DNA from: Pelagibacteraceae bacterium | GTDB taxonomy: Bacteria; Pseudomonadota; Alphaproteobacteria; HIMB59 | Assembly: GCA_008638215.1 (NCBI GenBank) | Contig: VTPN01000003.1 | Span: 16,550 to 48,549, forward strand | Length of the DNA: 32,000 nt | Direction of reading: 5' to 3' | Part shown: in pieces, positions 1 to 10,534 of the stretch | How positions within the stretch are numbered: the first letter of the stretch is position 1 | Layout: each line of letters begins with the position of its first letter | The notes under the pieces: model-generated | The model's input: the letters and a program-made list of their open reading frames with translations, nothing else | Database searches by the model: none | What the model was told of the DNA's origin: nothing | Position numbers and translations under genes: made by a program

Positions 1-118
1 AATCAGATATGGTTACTATAGTGTTATTAAATGAACTCTTGATATGGACAACACCATTTTGTCCAAAATTTTTTTTAGTTTTTTTCTTTTCAGATATTTT
101 TTTTTCTGTTTTTGCCAT
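1..118 (-). CDS. rpsK: 30S ribosomal protein S11 (uS11), N-terminal part, truncated by window edge
   Basis: Reverse complement from ATG at 118 reads MAKTEKKISEKKKTKKNFGQNGVVHIKSSFNNTIVTISD, the typical uS11 N-terminus (HI.SSFNNTIVTI.D), directly downstream of rpsM. Confidence 0.93.
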   Translation of the reverse strand, partial: MAKTEKKISEKKKTKKNFGQNGVVHIKSSFNNTIVTISD

Positions 119-120
119 TT

Positions 121-498
121 TTATTTAGTAACTTTTTTCTTTCCGGCAATCGCTACAGCCTTACCTTTTCTTGTTCTTGCGTTAGTATGTGTTCTTTGGC
201 CTCTAGTAGGTAATTGACGACGATGCCTCAAACCTCTATAGCAACCAAGATCTTTTAAACGTTTAATATTTTGAGAGACAACACGTCTTAAGTCACCTTC
301 AACTGTATAACTTTCTTCAATAGATTTTCTAATTTTAGAAATTTCATCTTCAGAAAAGTCTTTAATTCTTTTTGTATAATCTAAACCGTTTGCTTTTAAA
401 ATATCTAAAGCGAATTTTGGCCCGATGCCATGGATATAAGTTAGTGAAACTAAAGCACGTTTATTAACTGGTAAATTTACGCCTGCTATTCTTGCCAA
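121..498 (-). CDS. rpsM: 30S ribosomal protein S13 (uS13)
   Basis: [26 protein letters not shown] and [24 protein letters not shown]; position in spc/alpha cluster. Confidence 0.98.
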   Translation of the reverse strand: MARIAGVNLPVNKRALVSLTYIHGIGPKFALDILKANGLDYTKRIKDFSEDEISKIRKSIEESYTVEGDLRRVVSQNIKRLKDLGCYRGLRHRRQLPTRGQRTHTNARTRKGKAVAIAGKKKVTK

Positions 499-559
499 TT
501 GAGATCTCCTGAATGGGTGAAAATAGTAAAAAAGTATTTAAAAGTCAATATAAAATACA

Positions 560-1114
560 TCAATTTAAGCCAAGTTTTTCAATAATTTTATTAGAAATAG
601 AGTCAATTTGATCATTAGCGTCAATATTAATAACCTCGTTATCATTAGACAAAGACTCAATAATCTGATTGTGAGATTTTTTATAAATTGATAATCGCTT
701 ATCAAATACCTTATCATCAGCTCTTGATTCTTCTTGAGATCTTTTTTTAATACGAGTTAAAAGCTCCTCATCACTAACAGTAAAATTGATTATGTTTAAA
801 TTTTTATTTAGAAAAATCTTCTTAAGAGACTCAGCTTGCAAAGAACTTCTTGGGAAACCATCAACTAATATTTGTTCGTCACCAAGACTATCAACTTTTT
901 CTTTCAATACAGAAATTACCGTTGAATCCTCAATCAAATCACCATTATCCATCTTATTTTTAATTTCATTACCTAAAACACTGCCATCAGAAGATTTTTC
1001 TTTCAGTAAAGAACTAACTGTTAGAATATGTAAGTTTGGTAATACGGAGTCTTTAAGTATCTGAGCTTGAGTTCCTTTGCCAGATCCTGGTGGACCAATA
1101 AAAACTATAACCAT
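560..1114 (-). CDS. adk: Adenylate kinase, short-LID type, with atypical NMP-binding motif
   Basis: P-loop GPPGSGKGTQ, DGFPR, RIKKR...SRADD...FDKRL; located after secY as usual. Start overlaps the secY 3' end. Confidence 0.93.
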   Translation of the reverse strand: MVIVFIGPPGSGKGTQAQILKDSVLPNLHILTVSSLLKEKSSDGSVLGNEIKNKMDNGDLIEDSTVISVLKEKVDSLGDEQILVDGFPRSSLQAESLKKIFLNKNLNIINFTVSDEELLTRIKKRSQEESRADDKVFDKRLSIYKKSHNQIIESLSNDNEVINIDANDQIDSISNKIIEKLGLN

Positions 1115-2433
1115 TTACTCTTATACATTTTGTTTTTACTCAATATTTTTTCGTATTGAGATGTAAACAAATGTGTTTGGATTTGAGAAAAGAAATCCAT
1201 TGCTACGACAACAACAATTAACAAACTGGTGCCTCCCAGGTAGAAAGGAACTGAGAGTTTTGCAATCAAAAATTCAGGTATTAGTGCAATCAAAGCCAAA
1301 TATACAGCACCTACAAAAGTAAGTCGGTAAATAACATGTTCCAAATGTTGAGCTGTCTGTTCACCCGGTCTATATCCAAGAACAAAACCGCCATTATTTC
1401 TTAAATTGTCAGCTTGTTCTTTTGGGTTGAAAACAATACCCGTATAAAAAAAAGCAAAAAACACAATAAGTCCGAAAAAGAAGATCATATATAAAGGCTT
1501 ACCATGAGATAAATAGAAACCTATGCTAGATAAAAAACCCGAACTTTCTGGAGAAAAGTTAGCAATTGTATTAGGAAATAAAAGTAGCGAGGATGCAAAA
1601 ATTGCTGGTATAACACCTGCAACGTTCACCTTTATTGGTAAATAAGATGACTGGCCACCAAAAACTTTATTTCCTACTTGTCTTTTTGGATATTGAACCA
1701 AAAGTCTTCTTTGACCTCTTTCAATAAAAACAATTATAACAATTAACGCCAAAAGTAAGAAAATGATAAAGATGATTGCAATAGCAGATAGAGCGCCCGT
1801 TCTACCTAATTCAAAAGTATTAAAAATAGCAAAGGGTAAGTTAGCTACTATACCAGCAAATATAATAATTGAAATACCACTACCGAAACCATGTTCAGTG
1901 ATTTGCTCCCCAAGCCACATAAGAAAAATAGTTCCTGAGGTCATGGTAATAATAGCTGAAAGCTGAAAAAAAGCTACACTTCCAAGAGTAGGATCTACTG
2001 TATCTGAGAGATTTAAAATTCCATTAGAAATACCATAACTTTGAAATAGAGCTAAAAGTATTGTGAGGTATCTAGTATATTGTTGAATTTTTTTTCTACC
2101 ATTGGTTCCTTGTTCTTTTAAAGCTTTTAAACTATCAAAGGATGATTGCATCAAAGTCATAATAATTGATGCTGAAATATAAGGCATAACCCCTAACGTA
2201 AAGACTGACATTCGCATCAAAGCGCCACCAGAAAACATATCGAAGATGCCAAGGATGCCGTTTTGATGTTGAGAGAAAATTTGTTCTAAAACTGCAGAAT
2301 TAATTCCAGGAACAGGAACATAAGTACCTAATCTGTATACGATAATCGCAAAAAGAACAAAACCTAGTTTTTTAAATAAACCAGAATTTTTTATAGCTTC
2401 GTTATAATCGATATTAGGAACTTTAGTGTTCAT
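1105..2433 (-). CDS. secY: Preprotein translocase subunit SecY
   Basis: 442 aa multi-TM protein; YRLGTYVPVPGINSA, GFGSGISIIIFAGI; spc operon position. Confidence 0.98.
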   Translation of the reverse strand: MNTKVPNIDYNEAIKNSGLFKKLGFVLFAIIVYRLGTYVPVPGINSAVLEQIFSQHQNGILGIFDMFSGGALMRMSVFTLGVMPYISASIIMTLMQSSFDSLKALKEQGTNGRKKIQQYTRYLTILLALFQSYGISNGILNLSDTVDPTLGSVAFFQLSAIITMTSGTIFLMWLGEQITEHGFGSGISIIIFAGIVANLPFAIFNTFELGRTGALSAIAIIFIIFLLLALIVIIVFIERGQRRLLVQYPKRQVGNKVFGGQSSYLPIKVNVAGVIPAIFASSLLLFPNTIANFSPESSGFLSSIGFYLSHGKPLYMIFFFGLIVFFAFFYTGIVFNPKEQADNLRNNGGFVLGYRPGEQTAQHLEHVIYRLTFVGAVYLALIALIPEFLIAKLSVPFYLGGTSLLIVVVVAMDFFSQIQTHLFTSQYEKILSKNKMYKSKWL

Positions 2434-2443
2434 AACTTAAATT

Positions 2444-2878
2444 TTAAGAAGCAGATCCGCCTAAGTCTTCTATTCTTTTCTTTGCACCTGGTGTAAATTT
2501 AAAGTCTTTAAATTGTAATTTTTTCTTAAATTGAATTGAGTCGATAACTTTAATGCTTTTTTTATGATCTTTTTTCTTTAAAAAACCAGTTTCGACTAAC
2601 ATCTTCAAATCAATTGTGGAGTCATCTTTAAATTTATTAAAACTTACGAGAGAAATAGAAAGGTTGTTGGATCTTAATTTTTTAATTGAATTAAATCCTC
2701 TTTTTGGTGTTTTTCTATAAATAGGCATTTGACCACCTTCGAAATTTCGAACAGCAACACCAGATCTTGATTTTTGACCTTTATGTCCCCTACCGGCAGT
2801 TTTTCCAAGACCTGAACCTACTCCTTTTCCTTTTCTTTTTCTATTAGTGGTTCTTTGCTTTGATAATTTATTAATCAT
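2444..2878 (-). CDS. rplO: 50S ribosomal protein L15 (uL15)
   Basis: [40 protein letters not shown]-like signature. Confidence 0.98.
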   Translation of the reverse strand: MINKLSKQRTTNRKRKGKGVGSGLGKTAGRGHKGQKSRSGVAVRNFEGGQMPIYRKTPKRGFNSIKKLRSNNLSISLVSFNKFKDDSTIDLKMLVETGFLKKKDHKKSIKVIDSIQFKKKLQFKDFKFTPGAKKRIEDLGGSAS

Positions 2879-3390
2879 TAGTTTTCTCTTTTGCTAATAA
2901 CAGAATTAATTTCTATTCCTCTTCTCGCAGACACTGACTTTGGGGTATTTATCATTCTCAATGCTTTGATAGTTGAACGAACAATGTTATGAGGATTTTT
3001 AGTGCCAATTGCTTTTGATACCACATCAGATATGCCTAAAGCTTCAAAGATAGCTCTTGATGGACCACCAGAGATTATTCCTGTGCCTTTTGGTGCAGAT
3101 CTTAAAATAACAGTGCTTGATGAAAACTTCGCTTTTATATCATGATGGATGGTTCTTCCTTCTCTTAAGGGAATTCTTACCATGGTTTTTTTAGCCTCTT
3201 CGGAAGCTTTTCTTATTGCTTCAGGTACTTCTTTAGCTTTTCCTGAACCAAATCCAACTCTACCTTGACCATCTCCACTAACAACCAAAGCAGCAAAACC
3301 AAATCTTCTACCACCTTTTACAACCTTAGAAACACGCCTTACAGATATTAATTTTTCGATTAATTCTTTATTTACATTATTTTCAAGCAT
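2878..3390 (-). CDS. rpsE: 30S ribosomal protein S5 (uS5)
   Basis: [41 protein letters not shown]. Confidence 0.98.
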   Translation of the reverse strand: MLENNVNKELIEKLISVRRVSKVVKGGRRFGFAALVVSGDGQGRVGFGSGKAKEVPEAIRKASEEAKKTMVRIPLREGRTIHHDIKAKFSSSTVILRSAPKGTGIISGGPSRAIFEALGISDVVSKAIGTKNPHNIVRSTIKALRMINTPKSVSARRGIEINSVISKREN

Positions 3391-3738
3391 TTAAAAAGAT
3401 AAGCCCTTCTCTCTTGCAGCGTCAGCAAGTACTTTTAATCTACCGTGATACTTATAAGGACCTTTATCAAACTTTACTTCTTTAACGCCCTTTTCAATTG
3501 CCATTTCAGCAATTTTTTCTCCTACTAATTTAGCAATATCTAGTTTTTTTTGACCTTCGGTCTTATTGATTTTAACAGATGAGAATGAACAGAGAGTTTT
3601 ATCATTTTGCTCAGTTAATACCGATGCATAAATATGTTTAGAAGAACGAAATACTAGCAGTTTATGTTTTTTTACTGAAGCTAGTTTTTTTCTAATTCTA
3701 GTTTTTCTTCTGAGGGATCTAAGCTTATCGTTATTCAT
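3391..3738 (-). CDS. rplR: 50S ribosomal protein L18 (uL18)
   Basis: RLRVFRSSKHIYA-like motif; YKYHGRLKVLADAAREKGL C-terminus. Confidence 0.97.
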   Translation of the reverse strand: MNNDKLRSLRRKTRIRKKLASVKKHKLLVFRSSKHIYASVLTEQNDKTLCSFSSVKINKTEGQKKLDIAKLVGEKIAEMAIEKGVKEVKFDKGPYKYHGRLKVLADAAREKGLSF

Positions 3739-4253
3739 TATTTTTTCTTCCCTTCTTTTCTATAAATACGTTCACCTTCATATCTTACGCCTTTACCCTT
3801 ATATGGCTCGGGCTTTCTAAAAGATTTAATTTCAGCAGCAACTTGGCCGACTAATTGCTTACTAGTACCTGAAATTGATACAATATTTTTTTCAACATTT
3901 GCTGTGATGCCCTCAGGGATTTTGAAGTTTATATCGTGGCTGTATCCAAGGGATAAAACAAGTGTTTTGCCATTAACGTTTGCTTTGTATCCAGTCCCAA
4001 CCAATTCTAGTTTTTTTTCAAATCCTTGTGAGTTTCCGACAATTTCATTTTTTATAATAGCATATACCGTACCTAGTAATGCCTTGTTATCTCCTGAGAA
4101 ATGAAGAAGGTTATCTTTCATATCTACAGTTATTCCATTAGGTAATGTAGAACTTGATTTTCCAAGTTTACCCTCAAAATTTATCACATTATTATTAACA
4201 GATATTTTAACGTCTGATGGTATTGTAATTGGATTTCTAGCTAAACGAGACAT
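3738..4253 (-). CDS. rplF: 50S ribosomal protein L6 (uL6)
   Basis: MSRLARNPITIPSDVKI; GTGYKANV; RKPEPYKGKGVRYEGE. Confidence 0.98.
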   Translation of the reverse strand: MSRLARNPITIPSDVKISVNNNVINFEGKLGKSSSTLPNGITVDMKDNLLHFSGDNKALLGTVYAIIKNEIVGNSQGFEKKLELVGTGYKANVNGKTLVLSLGYSHDINFKIPEGITANVEKNIVSISGTSKQLVGQVAAEIKSFRKPEPYKGKGVRYEGERIYRKEGKKK

Positions 4254-4255
4254 GA

Positions 4256-4642
4256 TTAAAATACGCTAATTAGCACCTCTCCGCCGACTTTCTGATTTCT
4301 GGCATCTGAATCAGTCATTACTCCTTTTGAAGTTGAAAGAATTGTTGTGCCTAGACCACCAATAGTTTTTGGAATATCCTCGACTGAACTGTAAACCCTA
4401 CATCCTTGCTTCGTAATTTTTTCAATCTTATTTATAAGTGGGCTACCTTTAAAATATTTTAAGGTGATAGATAAATCTTTTTTAGTATCACCAATTATTT
4501 CGTAACTTTCAATAAAACCTTCATTTTTTAAAACATTACATACGTTTACATTTAACTTTGAATAAATAGCTTTAATCGAAACTTTATTTGCTTTTTGACC
4601 GTTTCTTATTCTTGTGATCATGTCTGCTAATGTATCGCTCAT
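4256..4642 (-). CDS. rpsH: 30S ribosomal protein S8 (uS8)
   Basis: DTLADMITRIRNGQ; GLGTTILSTSKGVMTDSDARNQKVGGEVLISVF. Confidence 0.98.
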   Translation of the reverse strand: MSDTLADMITRIRNGQKANKVSIKAIYSKLNVNVCNVLKNEGFIESYEIIGDTKKDLSITLKYFKGSPLINKIEKITKQGCRVYSSVEDIPKTIGGLGTTILSTSKGVMTDSDARNQKVGGEVLISVF

Positions 4643-4643
4643 C

Positions 4644-4949
4644 CTACCAACTCGCTTTCGTTAAACCAGGAATTTGACCTTTGCCCGCCATATCTCTGAT
4701 TGCTATTCTAGATAAATTGAATTTTGAGTAAACACCTCTTGGTCTTCCAGATAAGAAACATCTATTTCTAAATCTTATTTTAGATGAATTTCTAGGCATA
4801 GACTCAAGTTTCATTTGTATCTTAACTCTTTCCTCAAAGGGTAACTCTTTATTCATTAAAAGTTTTTTTAAATTAGCTCTTTTTTCACTTAATCTATCAA
4901 TGAGTGTTTTTCTATTAAGATTTTTTTGGATTGCGCTTTGTTTTGCCAT
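4644..4949 (-). CDS. rpsN: 30S ribosomal protein S14 (uS14), zinc-free long form
   Basis: [39 protein letters not shown]. Confidence 0.98.
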   Translation of the reverse strand: MAKQSAIQKNLNRKTLIDRLSEKRANLKKLLMNKELPFEERVKIQMKLESMPRNSSKIRFRNRCFLSGRPRGVYSKFNLSRIAIRDMAGKGQIPGLTKASW

Positions 4950-4951
4950 GA

Positions 4952-5488
4952 TTAATTTAAGAATGGAAAGTTCATTAACTTTAACAATTCATATCCTTCC
5001 TTGTCATTGTTTGCCGAAGTTGCGATTGTGATATCAAAACCAAAAATATTCTCAACATTCTCAACACTAATTTCAGGAAAAATAATATGATCTTTAATAC
5101 CAATCGTTATATTACCCTGACCATCAAAAGATTTTTTTGAGTAACCTCTAAAGTCTTTAATTCGTGGCATAGCTATATTTACCAGTCTGTCATAAAACTC
5201 CATCATATAGTTTTTTCTTAGGGTGACGGACAAACCAACTGGCATTCCTTTTCTGATCTTAAATGAAGCTATAGCTTTTTTTGATAAACGAACTACAGGT
5301 GTTTGCCCTGTAATCAATGATAAATCTTTTTTCATTTTTTCAATAGCTTTATTGTCTTCCTTGATAGTTCCAATACCCGCATTTACAACAATTTTAGTCA
5401 TTTTTGGAACAGCTAATTTATGATGAATCTCTAAATTTTTAGCTAATTGATCAGAAATATTAAATAATTCTTGTATTGAAGCACTCAT
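4952..5488 (-). CDS. rplE: 50S ribosomal protein L5 (uL5)
   Basis: [55 protein letters not shown]. Confidence 0.98.
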   Translation of the reverse strand: MSASIQELFNISDQLAKNLEIHHKLAVPKMTKIVVNAGIGTIKEDNKAIEKMKKDLSLITGQTPVVRLSKKAIASFKIRKGMPVGLSVTLRKNYMMEFYDRLVNIAMPRIKDFRGYSKKSFDGQGNITIGIKDHIIFPEISVENVENIFGFDITIATSANNDKEGYELLKLMNFPFLN

Positions 5489-5796
5489 TAATATTTTTCT
5501 CCAGAAGTTTTTAAAATTCTTACTTTTTTTCCATCTTCTACTTTAAAACCAACTTTTGATGATTTTTTAGATTTTGAGTCATAAGCCAAAATATTAGAGA
5601 TGTGAATGGGCATTTCTTTATTTATAATTCCGCCTTTAGAGTCCTGTGAAGGCTTTTGATGCTTTTTACTTATATTAACTCCACTAATGATAACTTTGTC
5701 AGAAGAGTTTAAAACTTTTGCAATTTTACCAATTTTACCTTTGTCTTTACCAACCTTTACAATCACTTCATCACCTTTTTTATATTTTTTTATCAT
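5488..5796 (-). CDS. rplX: 50S ribosomal protein L24 (uL24)
   Basis: [23 protein letters not shown] motif; VKVGFK-like tail. Confidence 0.97.
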   Translation of the reverse strand: MIKKYKKGDEVIVKVGKDKGKIGKIAKVLNSSDKVIISGVNISKKHQKPSQDSKGGIINKEMPIHISNILAYDSKSKKSSKVGFKVEDGKKVRILKTSGEKY

Positions 5797-6164
5797 TAAA
5801 GTACCTCTGGAGCTAGACTGACTATTTTCATCATATTTTTCTTTCGTAGCTCTCTAGTAACAGGTCCAAAAATTCTTGTCCCGATTGGTTCATTTTGTTT
5901 ATCCAACAAAACTGCAGCATTCGAGTCAAATTTAATAGATGTGCCATCTTCTCTTATTAAAGGTTTTTTAGTTCTAACAATAACAGCCCTTTGGACTTCA
6001 CCTTTTTTAACTTTTGATCTAGGAATAGCATCTTTCACTGAGACAATTATTATGTCACCAATTCTTGCATATCTTCTTTTTGACCCTCCGATAACTTTAA
6101 TGCAACTGATTAGTCTTGCTCCAGAGTTATCTGCCACTAGTAATTTAGATTCAGTTTGTATCAT
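5796..6164 (-). CDS. rplN: 50S ribosomal protein L14 (uL14)
   Basis: [24 protein letters not shown]; [28 protein letters not shown]. Confidence 0.99.
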   Translation of the reverse strand: MIQTESKLLVADNSGARLISCIKVIGGSKRRYARIGDIIIVSVKDAIPRSKVKKGEVQRAVIVRTKKPLIREDGTSIKFDSNAAVLLDKQNEPIGTRIFGPVTRELRKKNMMKIVSLAPEVL

Positions 6165-6167
6165 TAA

Positions 6168-6395
6168 TTATTTAACAACTTCCCATGATTTATTTTTAGA
6201 AAGCGGTCTTGTTTCTTGAATTTTTACACTTTCTCCAACGGTAATAGCATTATGTTCATCGTGTGCTAAATATTTTTTTGAAACTCTAATTATTTTTTTA
6301 TATATAGGGTGTGTGGTTTGTCTAGTAACTAAAACTGAAACTGTTTTATCTCCAGACTTTTTTATAACCTTACCATTAAGAACTCTTTTAGGCAT
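6168..6395 (-). CDS. rpsQ: 30S ribosomal protein S17 (uS17)
   Basis: [47 protein letters not shown]; internal ATG at 6395 preferred over the track's TTG start at 6404. Confidence 0.96.
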   Translation of the reverse strand: MPKRVLNGKVIKKSGDKTVSVLVTRQTTHPIYKKIIRVSKKYLAHDEHNAITVGESVKIQETRPLSKNKSWEVVK

Positions 6396-6543
6396 TTTTT
6401 TCAAGCCTTTCTCTGGTTAACAATGATGCGATTTGTTTTTTTACCTTTTTAAACTGTGATGTATCAGTAAGTTGGCCGCTCTTTTTCATAATTTTTAAGT
6501 TAAATAACTCTTTCTTTAAACTGTTTAAATCTTTATCTGCCAT
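6388..6543 (-). CDS. rpmC: 50S ribosomal protein L29 (uL29), short 51-aa form, not in the supplied ORF track
   Basis: Manual translation: [51 protein letters not shown]; matches the uL29 core (L..EL.NL....SGQL....+KKV+++IA...T) and lies between rplP and rpsQ as expected. Start overlaps the rplP stop. Confidence 0.92.
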   Translation of the reverse strand: MADKDLNSLKKELFNLKIMKKSGQLTDTSQFKKVKKQIASLLTRERLEKNA

Positions 6544-6956
6544 TAAAATTGATCCAATGAAACGAATGTGGTTTTAACAGGTAATTTTGCAGATGCAAGT
6601 TCAAATGCTTTTTTTGCTAGATTTTTATCAACACCATCTACCTCAAACATTATAGTTCCTGGTTTTACCCTACATACCCATCTATCTATCGACCCTTTTC
6701 CTTTACCCATTCTTACCTCTGCTGGTTTAGCAGTGACCGGGACATCAGGAAATACTCTAATCCAGAGACGACCTGCTCTTTTTAAAAATCTTGTTATTGC
6801 TCTTCTAGAAGCCTCTATTTGTCTAGCAGTTACTCTTTCTGCATTTAGAGATTTTAAACCGTAGTAACCAAAAGTTAGCTCATGATTACCTTTTGCATTT
6901 CCGTGTATACGCCCCTTATGCTGTTTTCTATATTTGGTATTTTTTGGTATCAGCAT
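6543..6956 (-). CDS. rplP: 50S ribosomal protein L16 (uL16)
   Basis: [16 protein letters not shown]; [39 protein letters not shown]. Confidence 0.99.
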   Translation of the reverse strand: MLIPKNTKYRKQHKGRIHGNAKGNHELTFGYYGLKSLNAERVTARQIEASRRAITRFLKRAGRLWIRVFPDVPVTAKPAEVRMGKGKGSIDRWVCRVKPGTIMFEVDGVDKNLAKKAFELASAKLPVKTTFVSLDQF

Positions 6957-7618
6957 TATGAACTTACCTTCTCGCTTAATGTATTGTTTTTTGTATTTTT
7001 ACTTTCACCTTTAAAAAGCCATACCTTGATACCAATAATTCCATAAGTTGTTAATGCACGAGCAGTTGCATAATCAATATCTGCTCTTAAAGTATGAAGA
7101 GGTACGCTTCCTTCGCTGAATTTTTCTGAACGGGCAATTTCAGCACCACCCAACCTTCCACCACAAACTATTTTAACTCCCTTAGCGCCTAATTTAATAG
7201 CAGACATGCCCGACTTTTTCATTGCTTTTCTAAAAGCAATTCTCTTTTCAAGTTGTCTTGCAATGGAGTCGGCAACTAAAGATGCATCTGTTTCAGGTTT
7301 TTTAATCTCTTTAATATCTAGGGATATGTTTTTATTAGATAGTTTTGATAAGCTGTTTCTTAATTTTTCTATATCTGCACCTTTTTTACCAATTAAAACA
7401 CCTGGTTTGGAGGTATGAATGATAATTTTAAGATTTGACGCAGCTCTTTCAATTATAACTGAACTTATCCCAGCGCTTGAATAATTTTTTTCTATATAAC
7501 TTCTAATAGTATGGTCCTCTTTAAGAAAATTGGAATATTCTTTTTTTTCAAACCAAGTTGATTGCCAGTACTTATTTATACCTACTCTTAAAGATGTTGG
7601 GTTAACTTTTTGTCCCAT
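6956..7618 (-). CDS. rpsC: 30S ribosomal protein S3 (uS3)
   Basis: [16 protein letters not shown]; [17 protein letters not shown] motif; [32 protein letters not shown]. Confidence 0.99.
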   Translation of the reverse strand: MGQKVNPTSLRVGINKYWQSTWFEKKEYSNFLKEDHTIRSYIEKNYSSAGISSVIIERAASNLKIIIHTSKPGVLIGKKGADIEKLRNSLSKLSNKNISLDIKEIKKPETDASLVADSIARQLEKRIAFRKAMKKSGMSAIKLGAKGVKIVCGGRLGGAEIARSEKFSEGSVPLHTLRADIDYATARALTTYGIIGIKVWLFKGESKNTKNNTLSEKVSS

Positions 7619-7959
7619 TATGCCCTCTCCTCTAGTATCAGTGTCAGCCTTGAAAAAGGTTTAATGATCTGAAATGCTCTTCCTTTGCTCATTGGTCTAA
7701 ACCGTTTCATTCTTAAACTTTTTCCCACGTAAGCTTCTTTAACAACTAGTTTATCTATATCTAAGTTATTGTTGTTTTCAGCATTCGCTACAGCAGAATT
7801 GAGAGTTTTTAATACCTCTTTGCTAACTCTTTTATTTGAAAACTTTAAAATATTTACAGCAGAATTAATGTCTTTTTTTCTAATATCTTTAACTATTAAA
7901 TTTAGTTTCTGTGAACTCGTTCTGATCATTTTATTGATTGCTTTAACTTCTTTTGACAT
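7618..7959 (-). CDS. rplV: 50S ribosomal protein L22 (uL22)
   Basis: [17 protein letters not shown]; [41 protein letters not shown]. Confidence 0.97.
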   Translation of the reverse strand: MSKEVKAINKMIRTSSQKLNLIVKDIRKKDINSAVNILKFSNKRVSKEVLKTLNSAVANAENNNNLDIDKLVVKEAYVGKSLRMKRFRPMSKGRAFQIIKPFSRLTLILEERA

Positions 7960-8243
7960 TATTTTTTACCCTGAACGGCTTTCTTATCTCCTGAGTGACC
8001 TTTAAAAACTCGTGTGGGTGAGAACTCTCCAAGTTTATGTCCGACCATGTCCTCAGTGACAAAAACCGGGATAAATGATTTACCATTATATACTGAGAGG
8101 GTAACACCTACAAAATCTGGAATAATAGTTGATCTTCTTGACCAAGTTTTAATTGGAGTTTTAGAATTTTCATCTTTTGATTTTTTTACTTTTTTATAAA
8201 GTGTTATATCGAAGTAAGGTCCTTTCCAAACAGATCTTGCCAT
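7959..8243 (-). CDS. rpsS: 30S ribosomal protein S19 (uS19)
   Basis: [19 protein letters not shown]; [47 protein letters not shown]. Confidence 0.99.
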   Translation of the reverse strand: MARSVWKGPYFDITLYKKVKKSKDENSKTPIKTWSRRSTIIPDFVGVTLSVYNGKSFIPVFVTEDMVGHKLGEFSPTRVFKGHSGDKKAVQGKK

Positions 8244-9067
8244 TATTTTTTACCTCTTCTTGAAATAATCATCTTAGATGTGAATTTAATTTTTCTTGTT
8301 TTCTTGCCTTTAGTTTTCAATCCCCAAGGAGTAGATGGATGTCTTCCGCCGGATGTTCTGCCTTCGCCGCCACCATGGGGGTGATCTACTGGATTCATTG
8401 CAACTCCTCGAACCGTAGGTCTAATACCTAAATGTCTTTTAATTCCAGCCTTACCAATTTTTTTATTTTTATTATCTTGATTAGAAACTACACCGATAGT
8501 GGCCATGCACTCTCCATGCACAAGTCTTGTTTCTCTTGAAGATAATTTAATCATTATGTATTTATCTTGGGTACCTAGAACTTGAGCAAAAGAACCAGCA
8601 GATCTGCATAGTTTACCTCCAGCTCCAGGTTTTAATTCAATATTATGGATTGATGTACCTGTAGGAATATTTTTGATTTTCATGGCATTGCCAGAACTAA
8701 TCTCAGTTTTTGATGATGAAATAATTTTATCACCAGTCTTAATATCTGATGGAGCTATAATATATTCTTTTAAATCTTGATAATCTACAAGGGCGATGAA
8801 GGCGCTACGATTAGGGTCGTGCTCAATTCTTTCGACTGTTCCGATTTTATCAAAAGTATTTCTTTTAAAGTTAATAATTCTATATTTCTTTTTATGACCA
8901 CCTGATCTATGTCTAATTGTAATTTTACCAGTATTATTTCTTCCTGAACTAGGCTGAAGTTCTTCAATGAGATTTTTTTCTGGTCTACCCTTGAACAATA
9001 CAGATTTATCTATTTTTACCGTTTTTCGAAAAGATGGAGTAGTTGGTTTATATGATATCAGACCCAT
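8243..9067 (-). CDS. rplB: 50S ribosomal protein L2 (uL2)
   Basis: [26 protein letters not shown]-like; [30 protein letters not shown]. Confidence 0.99.
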   Translation of the reverse strand: MGLISYKPTTPSFRKTVKIDKSVLFKGRPEKNLIEELQPSSGRNNTGKITIRHRSGGHKKKYRIINFKRNTFDKIGTVERIEHDPNRSAFIALVDYQDLKEYIIAPSDIKTGDKIISSSKTEISSGNAMKIKNIPTGTSIHNIELKPGAGGKLCRSAGSFAQVLGTQDKYIMIKLSSRETRLVHGECMATIGVVSNQDNKNKKIGKAGIKRHLGIRPTVRGVAMNPVDHPHGGGEGRTSGGRHPSTPWGLKTKGKKTRKIKFTSKMIISRRGKK

Positions 9068-9069
9068 TA

Positions 9070-9354
9070 TTATTTGACCTTTCCACTCACATCAATTGTA
9101 TTACCCTCTTTGAGAGTAACTATAATTCTTTTTTGTTCTGAGCGTGTACCTCTTTGACCTTTAAAAACTTTAGGTTTTCTTTTTACTATTACACTATTAA
9201 GTTTTTCAACCTTAACTTTGTATAAATCTTCTATTGTAGCTTTAATTTTGGATTTATTTGCATCCTTGGTAACTTCAAATATGTATTTATTAAATTGAGC
9301 ATTAGCAGTCGATTTTTCAGTAATAACAGGTTTTTTTATTAAGTTTAGATCCAT
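9070..9354 (-). CDS. rplW: 50S ribosomal protein L23 (uL23)
   Basis: [62 protein letters not shown]. Confidence 0.97.
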   Translation of the reverse strand: MDLNLIKKPVITEKSTANAQFNKYIFEVTKDANKSKIKATIEDLYKVKVEKLNSVIVKRKPKVFKGQRGTRSEQKRIIVTLKEGNTIDVSGKVK

Positions 9355-9923
9355 TAGATGTTTTTTCCGATGTATGACTCATATAAAGACGATTTATTTG
9401 AAAATATAAGCATGTCAGACTTTAGTGATGAATGTATTGAATAATTTTTATCTGAGTGAAAAGAAATATTTTTATAGTTTTGGAATTTGGCTACAACATC
9501 ATTATCATTAACGTTTTTTAAAATAATCATAATTTTTTTGTCAGTATTCTTATTTAAAATATCTTTGACAGCATTAAAATCTAATTTTGTCTCATCTAGA
9601 GAATAAAGAGATTTATTATTACTCTTAAGTGAAATTGATGATAATAAAGCAAGATTTTTTACTTTTTTGTTAATTTTAAAAGAGACTAGATGAAACTTAG
9701 GACCGAAAGCTTTACCACCACCTCTTCTTTGAGTTGTTTTTTTATTACCCGCTCTGGCATTACCTGTGCCTTTTTGTTTAAAAAGTTTTTTTCCAGATCC
9801 TGTGACTTCGGATCTGTCAAGGCTATGGTTGTTACCTTGTTTGTGTGAATAGGTTTTTTGGATAGAAAGGTGTAAAGATTTATCCGAAATATTTACTTTT
9901 TTCAGAGTAATTTGTTCAATCAT
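9354..9923 (-). CDS. rplD: 50S ribosomal protein L4 (uL4), shortened N-terminal region
   Basis: RSEVTGSGKKLFKQKGTGNARAGNKKTTQRRGGGKAFGPK; position between rplW and rplC. Confidence 0.96.
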   Translation of the reverse strand: MIEQITLKKVNISDKSLHLSIQKTYSHKQGNNHSLDRSEVTGSGKKLFKQKGTGNARAGNKKTTQRRGGGKAFGPKFHLVSFKINKKVKNLALLSSISLKSNNKSLYSLDETKLDFNAVKDILNKNTDKKIMIILKNVNDNDVVAKFQNYKNISFHSDKNYSIHSSLKSDMLIFSNKSSLYESYIGKNI

Positions 9924-10528
9924 TTTTTGTAAACTTTCACTACAGATTTATTTTTTCCAGGAACGGAGCCTTTAAGAAATATTAATTTTTTGTCAGCATC
10001 TACCATTAAAACTTCTAAATTTTTCGTTGTGGTTACCTCATCGCCTAAATGTCCAGCCATTTTTTTCCCTTTAAAAACTTTTCCTGGATTTTGATTTTGA
10101 CCAGTTGATCCGTGAGCTCTATGTGAGATAGAAACACCGTGAGAGGCTCTCATACCACTAAAATTATGTCTTTTCATCGCACCCGCAAAACCTTTACCAG
10201 TAGACTTTGATTGAACACAAACTTTATCTCCAACATTAAAAGAGGGTAATACATCACTGCCAATTTCTAGAAGATCTTCAGAAGATACCAGTCTTTGTTC
10301 TTTAATAACTCTTTTAGGCTCTATATTTTTTTTATTGAAATCTTTTAATTGAGGTTTGTTTAGTTTTTTTGGTTTAAGAAAACCTAAAATATTAGCAATG
10401 TAACCATCTTTATCTTCGGTTCTATTACCAACAACAGTGCATGTATTATAATCTAGGACTGTTGCGCAAACTCTCTTACCGTCATCGCTAATAAATGAAG
10501 TTTGACCAATTTTTGTACTAATAATCAT
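9920..10528 (-). CDS. rplC: 50S ribosomal protein L3 (uL3)
   Basis: ASHGVSISHRAHGSTGQNQNPGKVFKGKKMAGHLGDEVTT. Confidence 0.98.
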   Translation of the reverse strand: MIISTKIGQTSFISDDGKRVCATVLDYNTCTVVGNRTEDKDGYIANILGFLKPKKLNKPQLKDFNKKNIEPKRVIKEQRLVSSEDLLEIGSDVLPSFNVGDKVCVQSKSTGKGFAGAMKRHNFSGMRASHGVSISHRAHGSTGQNQNPGKVFKGKKMAGHLGDEVTTTKNLEVLMVDADKKLIFLKGSVPGKNKSVVKVYKK

Positions 10529-10534
10529 TGATAT

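Noticed and set aside
8785-8967. 60-aa minus-strand ORF inside rplB.
   Set aside because: Out-of-frame ORF nested in rplB; low-information sequence.
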